Positions 39,914-51,723 of a stretch of 64,000 nucleotides of DNA are shown here, piece by piece. Positions within the stretch are counted from its first letter, which is position 1. Each line of letters begins with the position of its first letter. A model generated the notes under the pieces. It searched no databases, was not told the DNA's origin, and saw only the letters and a program-made list of their open reading frames with translations. The position numbers and the translations under genes are program-made. Source of the DNA: Pseudovirgaria hyperparasitica (taxonomy: Eukaryota). Location of the stretch: assembly GCA_010093815.1 (NCBI GenBank), contig ML996575.1, one strand, 5' to 3'.

Positions 39914-40239
39914 CGTAGACCTCTATGGAACACCCTCGATTTATATATAGAACACCCCGGCTTATTAGTCGGGTAGTAGTCTCGGGAGTGAATAGAGGAT
40001 GTAGGTATACCGGGTTAGTATTATAATAACACGCCTATAACGAGTTATATAAGTAGTATATATATAGATCTACTAACTAATTTTAACCTCGTACGCCTCA
40101 AAATAATACTTATATATGTGTTTTTAAGAGGGTATCCTGGTATACTTACCCTTACCCCCTCTATTCGCTCCTGAGACTACTACCTAACTGAGAAAGACGG
40201 GGTGTTTCATATATAAATCAGGGGTGTTCCATAGTAACG
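39914..40239. mobile_element. Non-autonomous TIR element (MITE), Mutator-like by TIR and TSD size
   Basis: Left arm ctatggaacaccctcgatttatatatagaacaccccgg..ggtagtagtctcgggagtgaatagagg (from 39923) matches the reverse complement of the right arm (ending 40234). The direct repeat cactctataa flanks it at 39904-39913 and 40240-40249. Confidence 0.8.
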
Positions 40240-41222
40240 CACTCTATAACACTTACTATACGTTCCGCCAACGATCTGCAAGACTTCTAGCGTCGTGGAA
40301 ATTGGCCAGTGATCATTGAACTCAGAACCATGCTTCAGAAGAACTGCCACAAGTGGTAGCACCAAAGAACAACGATGTTTCCTCAAACGACCATACCTCC
40401 GAATCATAATATATCCTCCCTGGAGATACGAGAGCATCTTATTGCAAGCGAGCCCCTAGTGCGTGCCTCTTCCTTAGGGCGTTGGAGGCGTGTTGATCGC
40501 CCCGGGAATGGCAAGCCAGTCCATGAAGCCATATAGTACCTAGCGCGTAGGTGGCAGTTAGCGTCATTGGGCACTATACAGTCTGCGACTAGGATCGGAG
40601 CAAGATACTGCCATCGGATCGTCGTATACTAGGCTACTGCCAAGTTTTGCGGAACAGGGTTCGCCCGTCGGGGATACACTGTCAAATCGGAAGGTCCCAG
40701 TTTGGGGTCTATAAGGCTCGGAGCATCACTCGAACGTCGGGGTATTCCAGACTGGTATAGGACATGTGCTATTGGTACACATTAGAGGCCAACATAGGCG
40801 TGCTACCAAGTCAAGCACGGATTGGTCAATTATATGAATGGGAGTGAAGCACGATTAGCAGTGCATCTTTGGCTTCGAGGTCAGAATCATCCCTAAGCTA
40901 TATGAAATTATTTATTAGCGGATTTGAATCTGGTAAGGGGACGTGGTATTCTTATCAGCATACCAAGCCATCATGTATTCAGCGACCGGAGATGGAAGAT
41001 CTCGCCGCGAAAGTCGTGGCTCCGAATAATCTCTTTCGGATTGGAACCACATACTGTTGTCGTATTTTCTCATGGGTATTCCGTGATATCATCGCATACA
41101 TACATGCTAAGTCTTGTGGCCTTCCTGAAGTCAATGTTCTCGTGCCATCACATTAGGTTCCCCACCCTGCGCCACTTTATTTTTTGACGCATTCTGCCGC
41201 GCCGATTAGTGGCTTATATTCT

Positions 41223-42897
41223 TCAGCTGAAGATACCTCTTCGACCACCCCTCCTTGTACCACCCATCTCGCTATCTTCACCCTCCCATGAGGGTGCCGA
41301 TGCTGTGCCCCCTTGTTGTTTACTGCTCTTAATCTCCAGGCCTGCAGCTTTCATATTCAACTGTAGTAAACGAAGACGTAGTGTATTTTCATAAGCCTTT
41401 GCAGCTTTGATAGCATCCTCTTGTACAGCATGACGGGAATTGGTTTTGGGAGCGATGAGAAGCTGTGTTATGTTAGTCGTGAGGAGTTTGTAGGAAGGGT
41501 AGACGTACCCCCTCCACGAGATCTATGCGAGCTTTGAGGACGCCTTTCTCAATCATTTCGACAAGTTCAGTCTCAATTTTCCCCTCTCCAGTAGATTGGA
41601 ACGCATTGGTCATCTCTTCAAGCGTAACGCACTCGAATGGAATGAAGTATTGTACTATGCACTTGCTTCTGATCGTGCCGTATAACATGCGCAGTACGGG
41701 ATTCAGGTAGACATCTAACAGGTAATCGGTCCGGTACGCATCGAGCTGCTCAAGACATGCGGAGTATTTGCTCGAGCAGAAAAGAGAGATTGCGCGTCGG
41801 ATGTGAGGTTCTAACTCGAGATATTGACGGAATTCCGGGTTGTTTAGGACTTTTTCTCGCAGCTCTTCCCTATCCATGCTTGCTAGCGCACAGAGACCGC
41901 CATATACTGCAATGTCATTCTGGGTGAGAACCTCTTTTTGCCATGCAATTTGTCCCTGATTCTCAAGGTTGCCGTATGCAAACTTCGTCACCATGAATTC
42001 TTTCGCCGCCTGTCGGAAGTTGCCCATTTCCATGCTGCACAGCCCCATCAGAGCTTTGATGATGGGCTCATGCTCTGTCCTACTGTCGCTCTTCTGGCCC
42101 GACGAGTTGGCTTTGATGAGCTGCGACATAACCGACTGCCATTGCTTCTGCTGAATGCCGACGAGTATCAACCGGAATAACATGTCGACAATGTTGTTTG
42201 CGTTTGTGCAGTAGTCTCGCATGCGCTGATATGCTTTCCAGCTTTCCGCGAGCTCGCCAGTAGAGTAATAGTGCCGACCAAGGTCTTCGTTGCCCATCTG
42301 TGTCGCATTGTCAGTCTAAGGACTAGACGCCCGCCGTTCTTTGACCCCTCGACTTGGATGTAATTACGTACTCGTATGCTCTCTTTGATGAGATTGTTCC
42401 GGTACCCTTTCAATTCTTTCTCTAGTCTTTCACTCTCAGCCTTGATAACCTTCAACTTGTGATCAACCAGCTTTTGATCTACCTGACCGGCAGGATCGTT
42501 TGGTGCAACCTGGCTTAGCGCACTGGTAGCTGTGAGGTATGCCTCCACATCTTTTCCGCGTTCAGCTTGCTGGACTGCCAATCGAAGGGCATCTAGAGAG
42601 AGGACTGTAGACGTTGTGCCGATGAGCATGAGGCGATCGAACCGAGTACGATCTGGTGGCCGTCATCTCTGTCAGCGACAAGTAAAACCTAGCGAAGGGA
42701 AAACGCACCATCATAGTGCTGAATATAGGAATCAAGGTCGAACTTTGGTAAGTCTGCAGGTATGTCAATTCGGGCGCCAAAGGAACATCAAACCCGTACG
42801 TAGCTGGCAGAGGAAGCTCACCTCTCACGACCAAGCCTCCGGAAGCCAGTTTCTCTTGGAAAAAGGGTGAATCCTCGACGTCCACAGCGCTCGTCAT
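41223..42897 (-). CDS. CSN1: COP9 signalosome subunit 1 (PCI domain); alternative upstream ATG at 43005
   Basis: LEKELKGYRNNLIKESIR|MGNEDLG, RMRDYCT, DIAVYGGLCALASMDR, FRQYLELEPH, LLDVYL, IVQYFIPF and LKARIDL. The last exon ends with TGA at 41223. Confidence 0.93.
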
Positions 42898-43929
42898 ACT
42901 GGGCTTGGACTTCAGGGCGCTCACTGAGCCTCGAGCATTAGTTTTCTGACGTTTGTTGGGAGTTGGACTTTTCCTATGAGCTGGATGTTGCTGCGGAGGG
43001 TCCATCTAGGAGATGATGCAACCTGGCTGTCGACCTTTAGCGAGCGCGCGGGGCAAGCAGGCTGGACAGTGCGCCGCTACTTCGGGTCTGGGGTTTTCCT
43101 GAACGCAAATTATTTACTATGTAATTATTGTGGATGGGTAAGAGATACAGTTTAGAACTATGCAGGTGAGTTGGAGGGCAATGGCTGAGTAATGGTAAGT
43201 GCACTTCACAAACTTGGAATGTGCAAGTGAAAATTGAAACTCCCGAGATGCGCGAGCGAACGCTGCCTATGTACTCCAGCTCCTTCACACCGGTCTTGCC
43301 TTCAGAGTATTAAAATGCCAATTTCGCCAAACAAATGCTGCCCTGCCAAACGCCGTTTGCAGCAGGCAGAAGCCTCATTGGCCGTTGCCCAGTACGCTGT
43401 CTAGACAAGACTTCGTGTTGCCCAAACCAAAGACTATACAACAAGGAAGAACAAAGAAAGCCGACCCATTCACGGTACTATTCAAGTAATTAAGAGCGCG
43501 CAGACGCCATCTCCCTCCAAACAATCCTCTACCCATACAGATTCTTGAAACTCAACGCATTTGAACTCAAAGAATATACCGTCTGCACAAGGTAGCTCCT
43601 TGCAGTAATGTCACCAAGTCGCCTCGTCATCACCTTCTGTCATAGGAGGAAGGCCGACCCTGTTAGAGTACTCTAAGGAAGAGTCACCTGTCCCACGACA
43701 GAAATGATATTGATTTGACGGGAATGTACTCTTGCAGTATGGGATGGCCGCGGCCTCGGTATGAGTAAGATGTAGTCGCGTCCTAGTGTTCGAGGTTAAA
43801 AGTCGTGCTTATAACGGAAATGCATGAATTAGGCGTCTGGCCTAGATCTCATAGAGTCCAGCCATGGTCTTCCATAAATCAAACAATGCGACAGAGCGCT
43901 TCCAGTATTGTACCTGAAATCCAGGGCTC

Positions 43930-46900
43930 TCACGTGTGCTCGACCAAGTCCTGGCTAGGAGGAAGTAGCCTTGCCATTTCCTGAATATCTTCAATCACTT
44001 CGTTGAAGGCCTCAATAACCTTTTCTGCAATATGAGTACGGTTCCAGTCGTGTCGGAAGCGCCAGATGGCATCCATGAGATGGGCGTTCACTTGCTCTAA
44101 CTGCTCCACACTGAGACCAGAGGAGTTCTTCGCGAGGCGATCAAAAACTTGCTCGAGGTATGGCTCATCAACTACGAGATTTGGCGCCACATCGTTCAGT
44201 AACGCATTGATTGCTGTTGGTTGCTGGGGCAGAGAAGTGACCTGAATTGCTGGAGGCTGGCTCGACTGCGATGGCTGAGAATTCGTCTGTTGACTGGCAT
44301 GGTGGGGAAATTCTGGGGAAGAGTCAGTGCTCCAGTCACTCATTGACTCGCTTGTATACGTGCCTTGAGTATCGGGAATTGATGCGACTGAGGGCGGCTG
44401 CATCATTGAAAAATCGGGATGATCTCTACTAGGGTTACCATTCGTACTTTGAGTGTTATTCGAAGTGGAGTAGCGATTCGAGCGATCGGTCCTTTGACCA
44501 GACGTGGTCGTTGAGGCGCTATTATGAAGCTGATGTGGTTCAATGCCAAATGCCACATGGGTGTGCGCCGAGACCTGTGATTTCTGGGTTTGTGTATTGG
44601 CACCGCTCTGTGTGCCATATGCCTGAGTCTGATTGTCATGGTCTTGGCTATCGGTCATCGGGGTGTCCTCGTCAGGGTGAGAGTTCACACCTGCACCATT
44701 GCCGCCAGCTGTGACACCATTGGAAATACCACTGTATGAGGTCTGGTGGCGAACTGGTGTGGTTGGTGGCATGACATGTCGGCCAGGAACAGGTACACCC
44801 AAGATGATGGGACCCGTTCCATTTGTTGTTTCCGTTCCAACATTAGACACGTGCGGTGGCACATTTACAGATCCATTGAATAAAGGCACGCCTGGGCGCG
44901 CATGCTTTGTCGCCTTCGCAGCTCGCGCTCTTTCACGTTCATAGACGGCATCACACTCAGCTGCTAGGGCAGGCTGTTGCGCAGAGATGGTATCCATATC
45001 GACCTCGACATTCGAGAGGAGCTCTTTTGCTTTGATCATCTTTTCGGGATGACCAAACGTGACCCAATCCTTTTCCATACGCCTTATGTCATCACGATAA
45101 TCTCGGGGCCGCTTGTAGTACCCATTCGATAAGCGTTTCTCGATGATGGTGATATCTAGATTGTAGTAGAATTTGCCTGTCTCGGTCTCGCGGAGACCAG
45201 GAACTCCGTGCTTATCGGTACCAAGCTCGTAAGGCCGCAGTTGTCCTTGCTCCGCTCGTAGTTCTTGAGGAAGGTCTGTCGTGACAACAGTCGGATCTTG
45301 CTCATCGTACAAGTACTCTATTACTCTTTCTTCTATGACAGGAAACCTGAATGATCTGTACTTCTGTTTAATTTGGTCCATGACAGGCTGTATGAACATC
45401 TTCAGTCGATTCAGCGTCAGCCGGTCATTCTTTTTCTGTGCCTTGAGCTCCTCTTTCGTAGGCTCTACAGGGGCCTTTTCTGGTGCGAGCTCTAGTTGCG
45501 CGAGTTTACGTTTCTTGCGATTGGTGGGATCAGTAAAATGAGTTGGCGGAAGTCTGATGAAGCTGATAAGATCGCCAAAGAACTCTTTTCGTGCCGAGTG
45601 GTTAGGTCTAGTCAGTTCATACTGATTTCTCCTAGAATAGCCGAACAAATCCTTGACCATATGCGCTTTCCTGGCTTCCGATGCTTTGTCGTGGCCCGCC
45701 TCTGGGTCCTCAAGCATTCCGAGGAGCAGGACGCTGTCATCAGGTCTTAGACTTTGGAGCAATGACTTGAATATACTAAGAGCTGCCGGAGGCAATGAAT
45801 CGTACCAGATATCGACATGTGGAATGTAAATAACACTTGGTTTATGACGTTTGACCTCTTTGAACAGCTGCGCAACGGCAGCCTCGGGTGATCTTGAAGA
45901 ATCTTCTAGTAAAGTGGCAAGATCAAAGGATTGGACAAATACTCCCTCGAGCTTGTTGAGAAGGGCAGAGGAGAGATACTGCTGTCCCATCCCACCAAGC
46001 CCGCGTACCAGTAGTCGAGGCCTGAATACGCGAGCTCGTTGGAACTCAGTCTCCATCATCTCACGTTCGAATCCTTGAGCATCCTCCCGATCATCGTACT
46101 CGGCTTCTTCGAGCGCTGTAAGTTTACGTTTGCGAGGTAGTACATCATCAATCATTCTGGTGAGATCCGTGAAGGGTTCGCGTAGTAGCGGCTCGATTTT
46201 CTTAGGAAGCGGTGCCGCGGACGATTGCGCGGATCTTTCAGACGATGGGATCATCTTATTTACCGATATCATGAAATCCTTGGCCAGAACCTTGATGGTA
46301 TTAGGATCCACAATGTACTTCTTGTTGGACTTATATATCTGAGGATAAGTGCCCTGAATTGCATTGAGAGCAGCTTCTGTGCAGAGAGCCCGGAGATCAG
46401 CACCACCATATCCCTTCGTTAGTTCAGCTAGTTGATCCTTGAAAGGGTCTTTGAGTGGCGGTTCCCAGCCCTTCGTATGTATGTCGATGATGGCTCGGCG
46501 CGCTGGTACACCTGGTAGAGGAAAGTAGAATTCACGGTCGAATCGTCCCGGTCGGCGAAGTGCTGGATCCACAGAGTCGGGCCTGTTAGTGGCTCCAATC
46601 ACTATTACTTGACCGCGACCGTCCATGCCATCCATCAGAGCTAGGAGGGTTGCGACAATGGAGGCATGAATCTGCTCTTGCTTGCTCGATCTAACGGGGG
46701 CTAAGCCATCAATTTCGTCGAAGAAGATGATACTGGGCTGGTTCTTGCGTGCTTCTTCGAACAGCAAACGCAATTGGCGTTCGGCCTCACCAACCCATTT
46801 GCTCAACGCATCCGCACCTTTGCGCATGTAGAATGTGACCTTCTGTCCACCAGAGCTGACGCTGGAAGCTAACGCACGAGCAAGTAGGGTTTTACCAGTA

Positions 46901-48798
46901 CCAGGAGGACCATGAAATAGCACACCACGGGGTGGAGTGACGTTGAAATTCTTGAACAGCTCTGGATAGAGGAGTGGAAGCATGACCATCTCCTTCAATT
47001 GGTTAATATGATCGTCGAGACCACCTACACCGTCAAATGTAACAGTTGTATCAACCCCGAGTGGATCGCTATCAGCGAGTGCCTTCCGATCGGACACCTT
47101 GCCCAGGTTTGCAGGTCCGCCAGATTTTGCTTGAGCTGGATCATTGTTGTGAAGATTGGGCCTGAAGGCTGAGGTTGGCGTCATGCCCACAGCGCCTCCG
47201 ACGCTTGGTTTAGCCGTTTGATTCTCATCTTCACTACTATCCGAATCTATTCCCCCGACGGCACCGGCACCATCAGCTCCTCCGAATAAAGCACGTGGTC
47301 CGTCGTGACCGCCAAAGGGCCCTTGAGTCGAGAACAGCGAACGCCAACCCGCCCCGCCACCTCCGCCACGGTTTCTGTTGCGCGACGGTGTAGCAGCTGG
47401 CGCATTGTCTTCTTCGTCTAGTGCTGCAACTAACTCTGGGCGGTAGATACGGTAATCAACTTGCTTGCCACGCGAGCGTAGAGAGGGTTGATCAAACGCG
47501 ATGTCAGAGACTGGCTGTCGACGGGTGCTGCGGCGAGTGCGAGCTTTGTCCATGGCAAGCTCTTCTGCCTCCTCCATCAGCTCGTGGCGGTCGAGATCAT
47601 CGTCCGAGTCACTATTTTGCCGACTACGTTGGGATTTACGCGTAGGATACCGGCGAGCTCGTCCGACCGAGTCATCGGATGGGCTTTTGCCTTGGCCTTT
47701 CTTTTTCGCATCGTCTGACTCTGATACGTCTTCATCCTCTTTCTCTTCGTCCCCCACTGGCTCGAAGTCGCTGCTCTCTTCGATTGCCCGCTTCTGGGAC
47801 TTCCCAGCACTCTCACCTGTGCCTGACTTTCGGGACCGCAACGTGCGCCCAGGGCGTGAGACTGGACCCTCTTCTTCCTCCTCATCGTCGTCATCATCTG
47901 CTGTGGGTTTCATCGCTTCATCACCGTGGACGGACTCAGAGATTTCAGCCATCTGCACATCGCTTGTGAGAATAGGCATATCAGGCTCCGCTTCAGAATC
48001 AGCTTGCAAAGCATTGTCCTCTACTGGGGCGTTCTCTTGGGCATTGCCAATAGCGGCTGCTGGGTTGGCCTGGGCCGAGTTGCTCTGTGATTCCTCTTGC
48101 GACGCTTCCATGATAGCACTTGGTGGTTTCTTCAGGCCTTTAGTAGCACGAGATGGGCGCCGTGGCATGTCCTGAGTTTCGCGGTCAACACTGGAGCCAC
48201 GTTCGAGAACAATATGTTTGCCAGAATTCGAGAGTGAAACGAGGGGTTGTTCTGCTTCATGAGACAAGCGACTGCTTCGCCGGCTTCCAGCGGTTTCGGG
48301 TCCTGGGGTAGACCGTGATTTGCTCGGAGCTTTGTTGCCTCGCGTTCTTCTATTATTGGTATTCACCTTCAGCTTGACGATCAAAGTCTGCTTTCCTGGC
48401 TTGTCTTGCTTGCCGCGTCGTGGACGGCTAGGCAATTCATCTTCGTCGTCATCATCTTGATCACTGTCGTCCTCCTCGTCGTCACTATCCTCCTCGTACT
48501 TGATCTCTTTCTTTGTAGCTTTGCGAACAGCTCGTCCACGCTCATTTGTTTCGATTTCTTCTTCCGTTTCTATCGCGGAGCCGAAAGAGTCGTCCATTTC
48601 TAGATCGTCTTCGTCATCAACAATATCATCGGAGTCATATGTCCGACGTCTCTGAGGTCTGCGCGGCTTTGAGCTGGAAGATGAGACTTTTTTGGACCGT
48701 TTTTGAGGTCTTGCGGCTCGTTCGTCAAAATCGGAGTCGTTGGGATCAGAAGCATTCGGATCGAAATCTTCGAGGCGACGCTTTGTCCGGCCCGACAT
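43930..48798 (-). CDS. YTA7: AAA+ ATPase with bromodomain-like region, ATAD2/Yta7 (Abo1) ortholog
   Basis: Acidic N-terminus, Walker A GPPGTGKT, FYMRKGADALSKWVGEAERQLR, Walker B IIFFDE, LRRPGRFDREF, second degenerate AAA domain (RPRLL) and IEKRLSNGYY. Confidence 0.97.
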   Translation of the reverse strand: MSGRTKRRLEDFDPNASDPNDSDFDERAARPQKRSKKVSSSSSKPRRPQRRRTYDSDDIVDDEDDLEMDDSFGSAIETEEEIETNERGRAVRKATKKEIKYEEDSDDEEDDSDQDDDDEDELPSRPRRGKQDKPGKQTLIVKLKVNTNNRRTRGNKAPSKSRSTPGPETAGSRRSSRLSHEAEQPLVSLSNSGKHIVLERGSSVDRETQDMPRRPSRATKGLKKPPSAIMEASQEESQSNSAQANPAAAIGNAQENAPVEDNALQADSEAEPDMPILTSDVQMAEISESVHGDEAMKPTADDDDDEEEEEGPVSRPGRTLRSRKSGTGESAGKSQKRAIEESSDFEPVGDEEKEDEDVSESDDAKKKGQGKSPSDDSVGRARRYPTRKSQRSRQNSDSDDDLDRHELMEEAEELAMDKARTRRSTRRQPVSDIAFDQPSLRSRGKQVDYRIYRPELVAALDEEDNAPAATPSRNRNRGGGGGAGWRSLFSTQGPFGGHDGPRALFGGADGAGAVGGIDSDSSEDENQTAKPSVGGAVGMTPTSAFRPNLHNNDPAQAKSGGPANLGKVSDRKALADSDPLGVDTTVTFDGVGGLDDHINQLKEMVMLPLLYPELFKNFNVTPPRGVLFHGPPGTGKTLLARALASSVSSGGQKVTFYMRKGADALSKWVGEAERQLRLLFEEARKNQPSIIFFDEIDGLAPVRSSKQEQIHASIVATLLALMDGMDGRGQVIVIGATNRPDSVDPALRRPGRFDREFYFPLPGVPARRAIIDIHTKGWEPPLKDPFKDQLAELTKGYGGADLRALCTEAALNAIQGTYPQIYKSNKKYIVDPNTIKVLAKDFMISVNKMIPSSERSAQSSAAPLPKKIEPLLREPFTDLTRMIDDVLPRKRKLTALEEAEYDDREDAQGFEREMMETEFQRARVFRPRLLVRGLGGMGQQYLSSALLNKLEGVFVQSFDLATLLEDSSRSPEAAVAQLFKEVKRHKPSVIYIPHVDIWYDSLPPAALSIFKSLLQSLRPDDSVLLLGMLEDPEAGHDKASEARKAHMVKDLFGYSRRNQYELTRPNHSARKEFFGDLISFIRLPPTHFTDPTNRKKRKLAQLELAPEKAPVEPTKEELKAQKKNDRLTLNRLKMFIQPVMDQIKQKYRSFRFPVIEERVIEYLYDEQDPTVVTTDLPQELRAEQGQLRPYELGTDKHGVPGLRETETGKFYYNLDITIIEKRLSNGYYKRPRDYRDDIRRMEKDWVTFGHPEKMIKAKELLSNVEVDMDTISAQQPALAAECDAVYERERARAAKATKHARPGVPLFNGSVNVPPHVSNVGTETTNGTGPIILGVPVPGRHVMPPTTPVRHQTSYSGISNGVTAGGNGAGVNSHPDEDTPMTDSQDHDNQTQAYGTQSGANTQTQKSQVSAHTHVAFGIEPHQLHNSASTTTSGQRTDRSNRYSTSNNTQSTNGNPSRDHPDFSMMQPPSVASIPDTQGTYTSESMSDWSTDSSPEFPHHASQQTNSQPSQSSQPPAIQVTSLPQQPTAINALLNDVAPNLVVDEPYLEQVFDRLAKNSSGLSVEQLEQVNAHLMDAIWRFRHDWNRTHIAEKVIEAFNEVIEDIQEMARLLPPSQDLVEHT

Positions 48799-50180
48799 GG
48801 CGCAATTTTAATTATATGAAACAAATTTTGTTCGACCTGCGGCAGACTTTTAGCAACACCGTAGGCAAGTGGATCTTCGAGTACTGTGCGGTAAATTGGC
48901 CGCACAACAGTACACAGAGGTATGATCTTACACTTAAGCCCGGAACAAGCCTTCAGGAGTACTGAGACCACACATCCAGCTGGCAAAGCGATTACGTCGA
49001 ATGTGCAGCGTCTTGCTGTAGACTTTAACGCGTGGAGGTTGTGAATGGCGTATTCAGGCAGAGAAGCTCGTGAGTGACGCGCTTATTGGTACGAACTCTG
49101 ATCTTATGAATTACCAGCGATAGGCAGAGAGTCGCAAGGATGGCAGTCGCGACGTTGGCAGAGGATAGGTTAGGAGGTGGACAGGTAGTTGTGAATGTGT
49201 AGACCAGTCTCGGGAACTGCTTTGTGGATGCGAGTTAGGTGTTGACCCTTGGACTCGCAAAGCCAAGGCGCTAAGCCTGTTACAGCCCTTCGTTTGACGC
49301 TACACCTCGATCCCCGCATCATTTTAGAAGTATTTGCCATGCTCGCGCGGAGCATCTATAAGACGTGTATCTGAGCAGTTCATAGCATTATTCTTAAAGT
49401 TGAATATATGGCTATCAGAGCGGATGTTTCGAATCGCGAAAACCGCATTATATATTTCTACAACTTTGCGCATTTCCCCGGTCCCTGCGCCCGCCCTATA
49501 CGGCCATCCTTTTTTCGCCATATCTTGTATTCCATTTACTTGACGTCCGAAGTGATCTGCAGGCACGAGCAGTGGGGTTAAGCTTAAATTTGAGCCGCAT
49601 GTAAGGCTTGCCGGGGACCACAGGACGATTTCTTCGTGTCCCTAATTAGCTTTCCACGCGTTGACGCTCAAGCCGGCAAGCGCCATCCCCATGCTTCGGG
49701 TGGACTCTCGAGTAACATTCTTTATTAAGTCACTGTCGAAATGACAACTTGTTGATCTCTGTGAACGTTTGACCATGAGTAGATTTGAATTCGTTAATAA
49801 AGTGTGGTCTATACAGGACCAGGTTACAACAGCCAAATACTTTAATGAGATCCACATAGGATAGATGATAGCATTGCGAGTAGCAAAATTCTGTTACGAT
49901 TGGGGCCCGATCCTACCCTGGAATGTAAAGTATCTGGTGTTGCTTATAGGCTATCGCTAATCGAGTCACGTGACCGAGTGATAGGATAACCATTGCGTTC
50001 TCCCCATGTGCTACTATTGCTCATGAAGCAACCCGCAGCAGCTGTTGAGAAGCACACATATCAATAGTCAGCTGCAATACACGTAACCTCTAATATTTAC
50101 AAGTTCTGATATATACAAAGCGTCAAGATTGACGACGCAAGACATGCAATCCCTGAAAAAGCATATATACCTGGTATGGC

Positions 50181-51431
50181 TCAAGGGTCTTTCGCTGATT
50201 TGAACTCTTTCGACCAATCTCTGGCAACGATACGGTCCAAAACTTCATCACGAAATTAGCAAAGGTTCTGCAAACGTGCACTTGTGAGCTTACCTTTCCC
50301 CTCCTCTGCACACCACCCCCGAGCATCAAGCTTCCCAATGGTTTTTCCATTCTTCATGGTATCAATCATACCGTCTCTCATAACGGCAACACTCATACTG
50401 ACAAAGATGTTCCACGAGACTCGTGCAAGCTTCGCATACGAGCGCTGGAAGGGATTCAAAAGCTGGATGGCCTGGTCCTGTGCCTTTTGTACTTTTAGGC
50501 GATGGGATGATCGAGCGGCGATGCTATGGACAGGTTCTGACAAGGAGAGCTCTGGTAAGCGAATGATTCGCGTGTGCGTCTTGCGTCGGAAGATCAGATG
50601 AGACATAACTCTGGCCTGCAGTACCAGTTCATTGCCACTTCTGACCAATGTGATATTTTTGATCATATTTGCAGGCGCAAACATAACCACATAGCCTAGA
50701 GCCGCTATCGCAGCTCCAACAACAGCAATGTATGTATTCTTTGCCCATCCTGGAACCTCAGATGCGATAATTTCCGGTATGAGCATAGCCACGCCCCCCA
50801 TAAAGGTCAATAGGGTGAAACCAATTAACACACAAGCACCAATGAGGCCTCCTTGATTCGGGGCTTCGTAAAGCAGAGGTTTCTTTTGTATCATCAAGTC
50901 TATGAGAAGACGCTCTATACCTCGCACTGGTGCTACTATCGACGGTGAACTCTTTGCAGGTGGACTTTGCGTGATACTCGGCAGTTTCTCAACGTTTTGT
51001 GACTTTAACACAGCAGTGTCAATCGACATGGCATCGCTAGTCGAATAAGGCAGATCTGGTATTGCTGCTGCTGCTGCCTCTTCCGCAAGCGGTTTCGAGG
51101 TGGGCTCTAATTTGAGTATTTCTCTGGATCTTTCCGTCTCATGTATCCTAGGACTAGCAGCGCTTGGGACCTTCCTTGACTGTTCCCATATGCTTGGGTT
51201 GTGCTTTAAAGGGCTATCCTTTGCAGTTGTTTGAGCTGAGAGTTGTTTCGCATTGTATTTTTCCCGCCGTGCAACATCTTTACGAGCTCTAAAGGCAGCC
51301 GATGCGTAGAAACGAGCAGCAGCAGCTTTCCGTGTGAAGGAGACAGAGCGAAGACTGCATGGCGGAACTAACGGCGCCGTTTGCGAGCACCTGAATATGG
51401 TGTGTCGAAATAGTGACGACGGTGCGGACAT
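50181..51431 (-). CDS. Hypothetical, probably mitochondrial inner-membrane protein (2 TM), 2 exons
   Basis: Arg/Ser-rich acid-free presequence-like N-terminus, LLYEAP then two hydrophobic helices, GKLDARGW, and an intron (gtaagc) before the short last exon VLDRIVARDWSKEFKSAKDP*. Confidence 0.75.
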
Positions 51432-51723
51432 CCTATAACATGTCAACTCATCGTTCTTCTTTTTTCAAGACTAGGTATGGACTGACATGCACACTCTGTG
51501 CCCAGGACGCACCTCTGTCCGATTCCTGCGACGCGTCTCGCACCCCGATGGTCGCAGACCTGAGTTGTAATTCTGCTTTAAGATGGACCCTGGTACGTAG
51601 CTCCGGCTTGGCATATGAAACTTCGGGATCCATGCAACATCCCAACAAGATTATTGACAACTCACGCACCTACGACGTCCTTCGAGCCACCGTGCTCGCG
51701 AATTCACGCTCCTCTAGTTTGCT

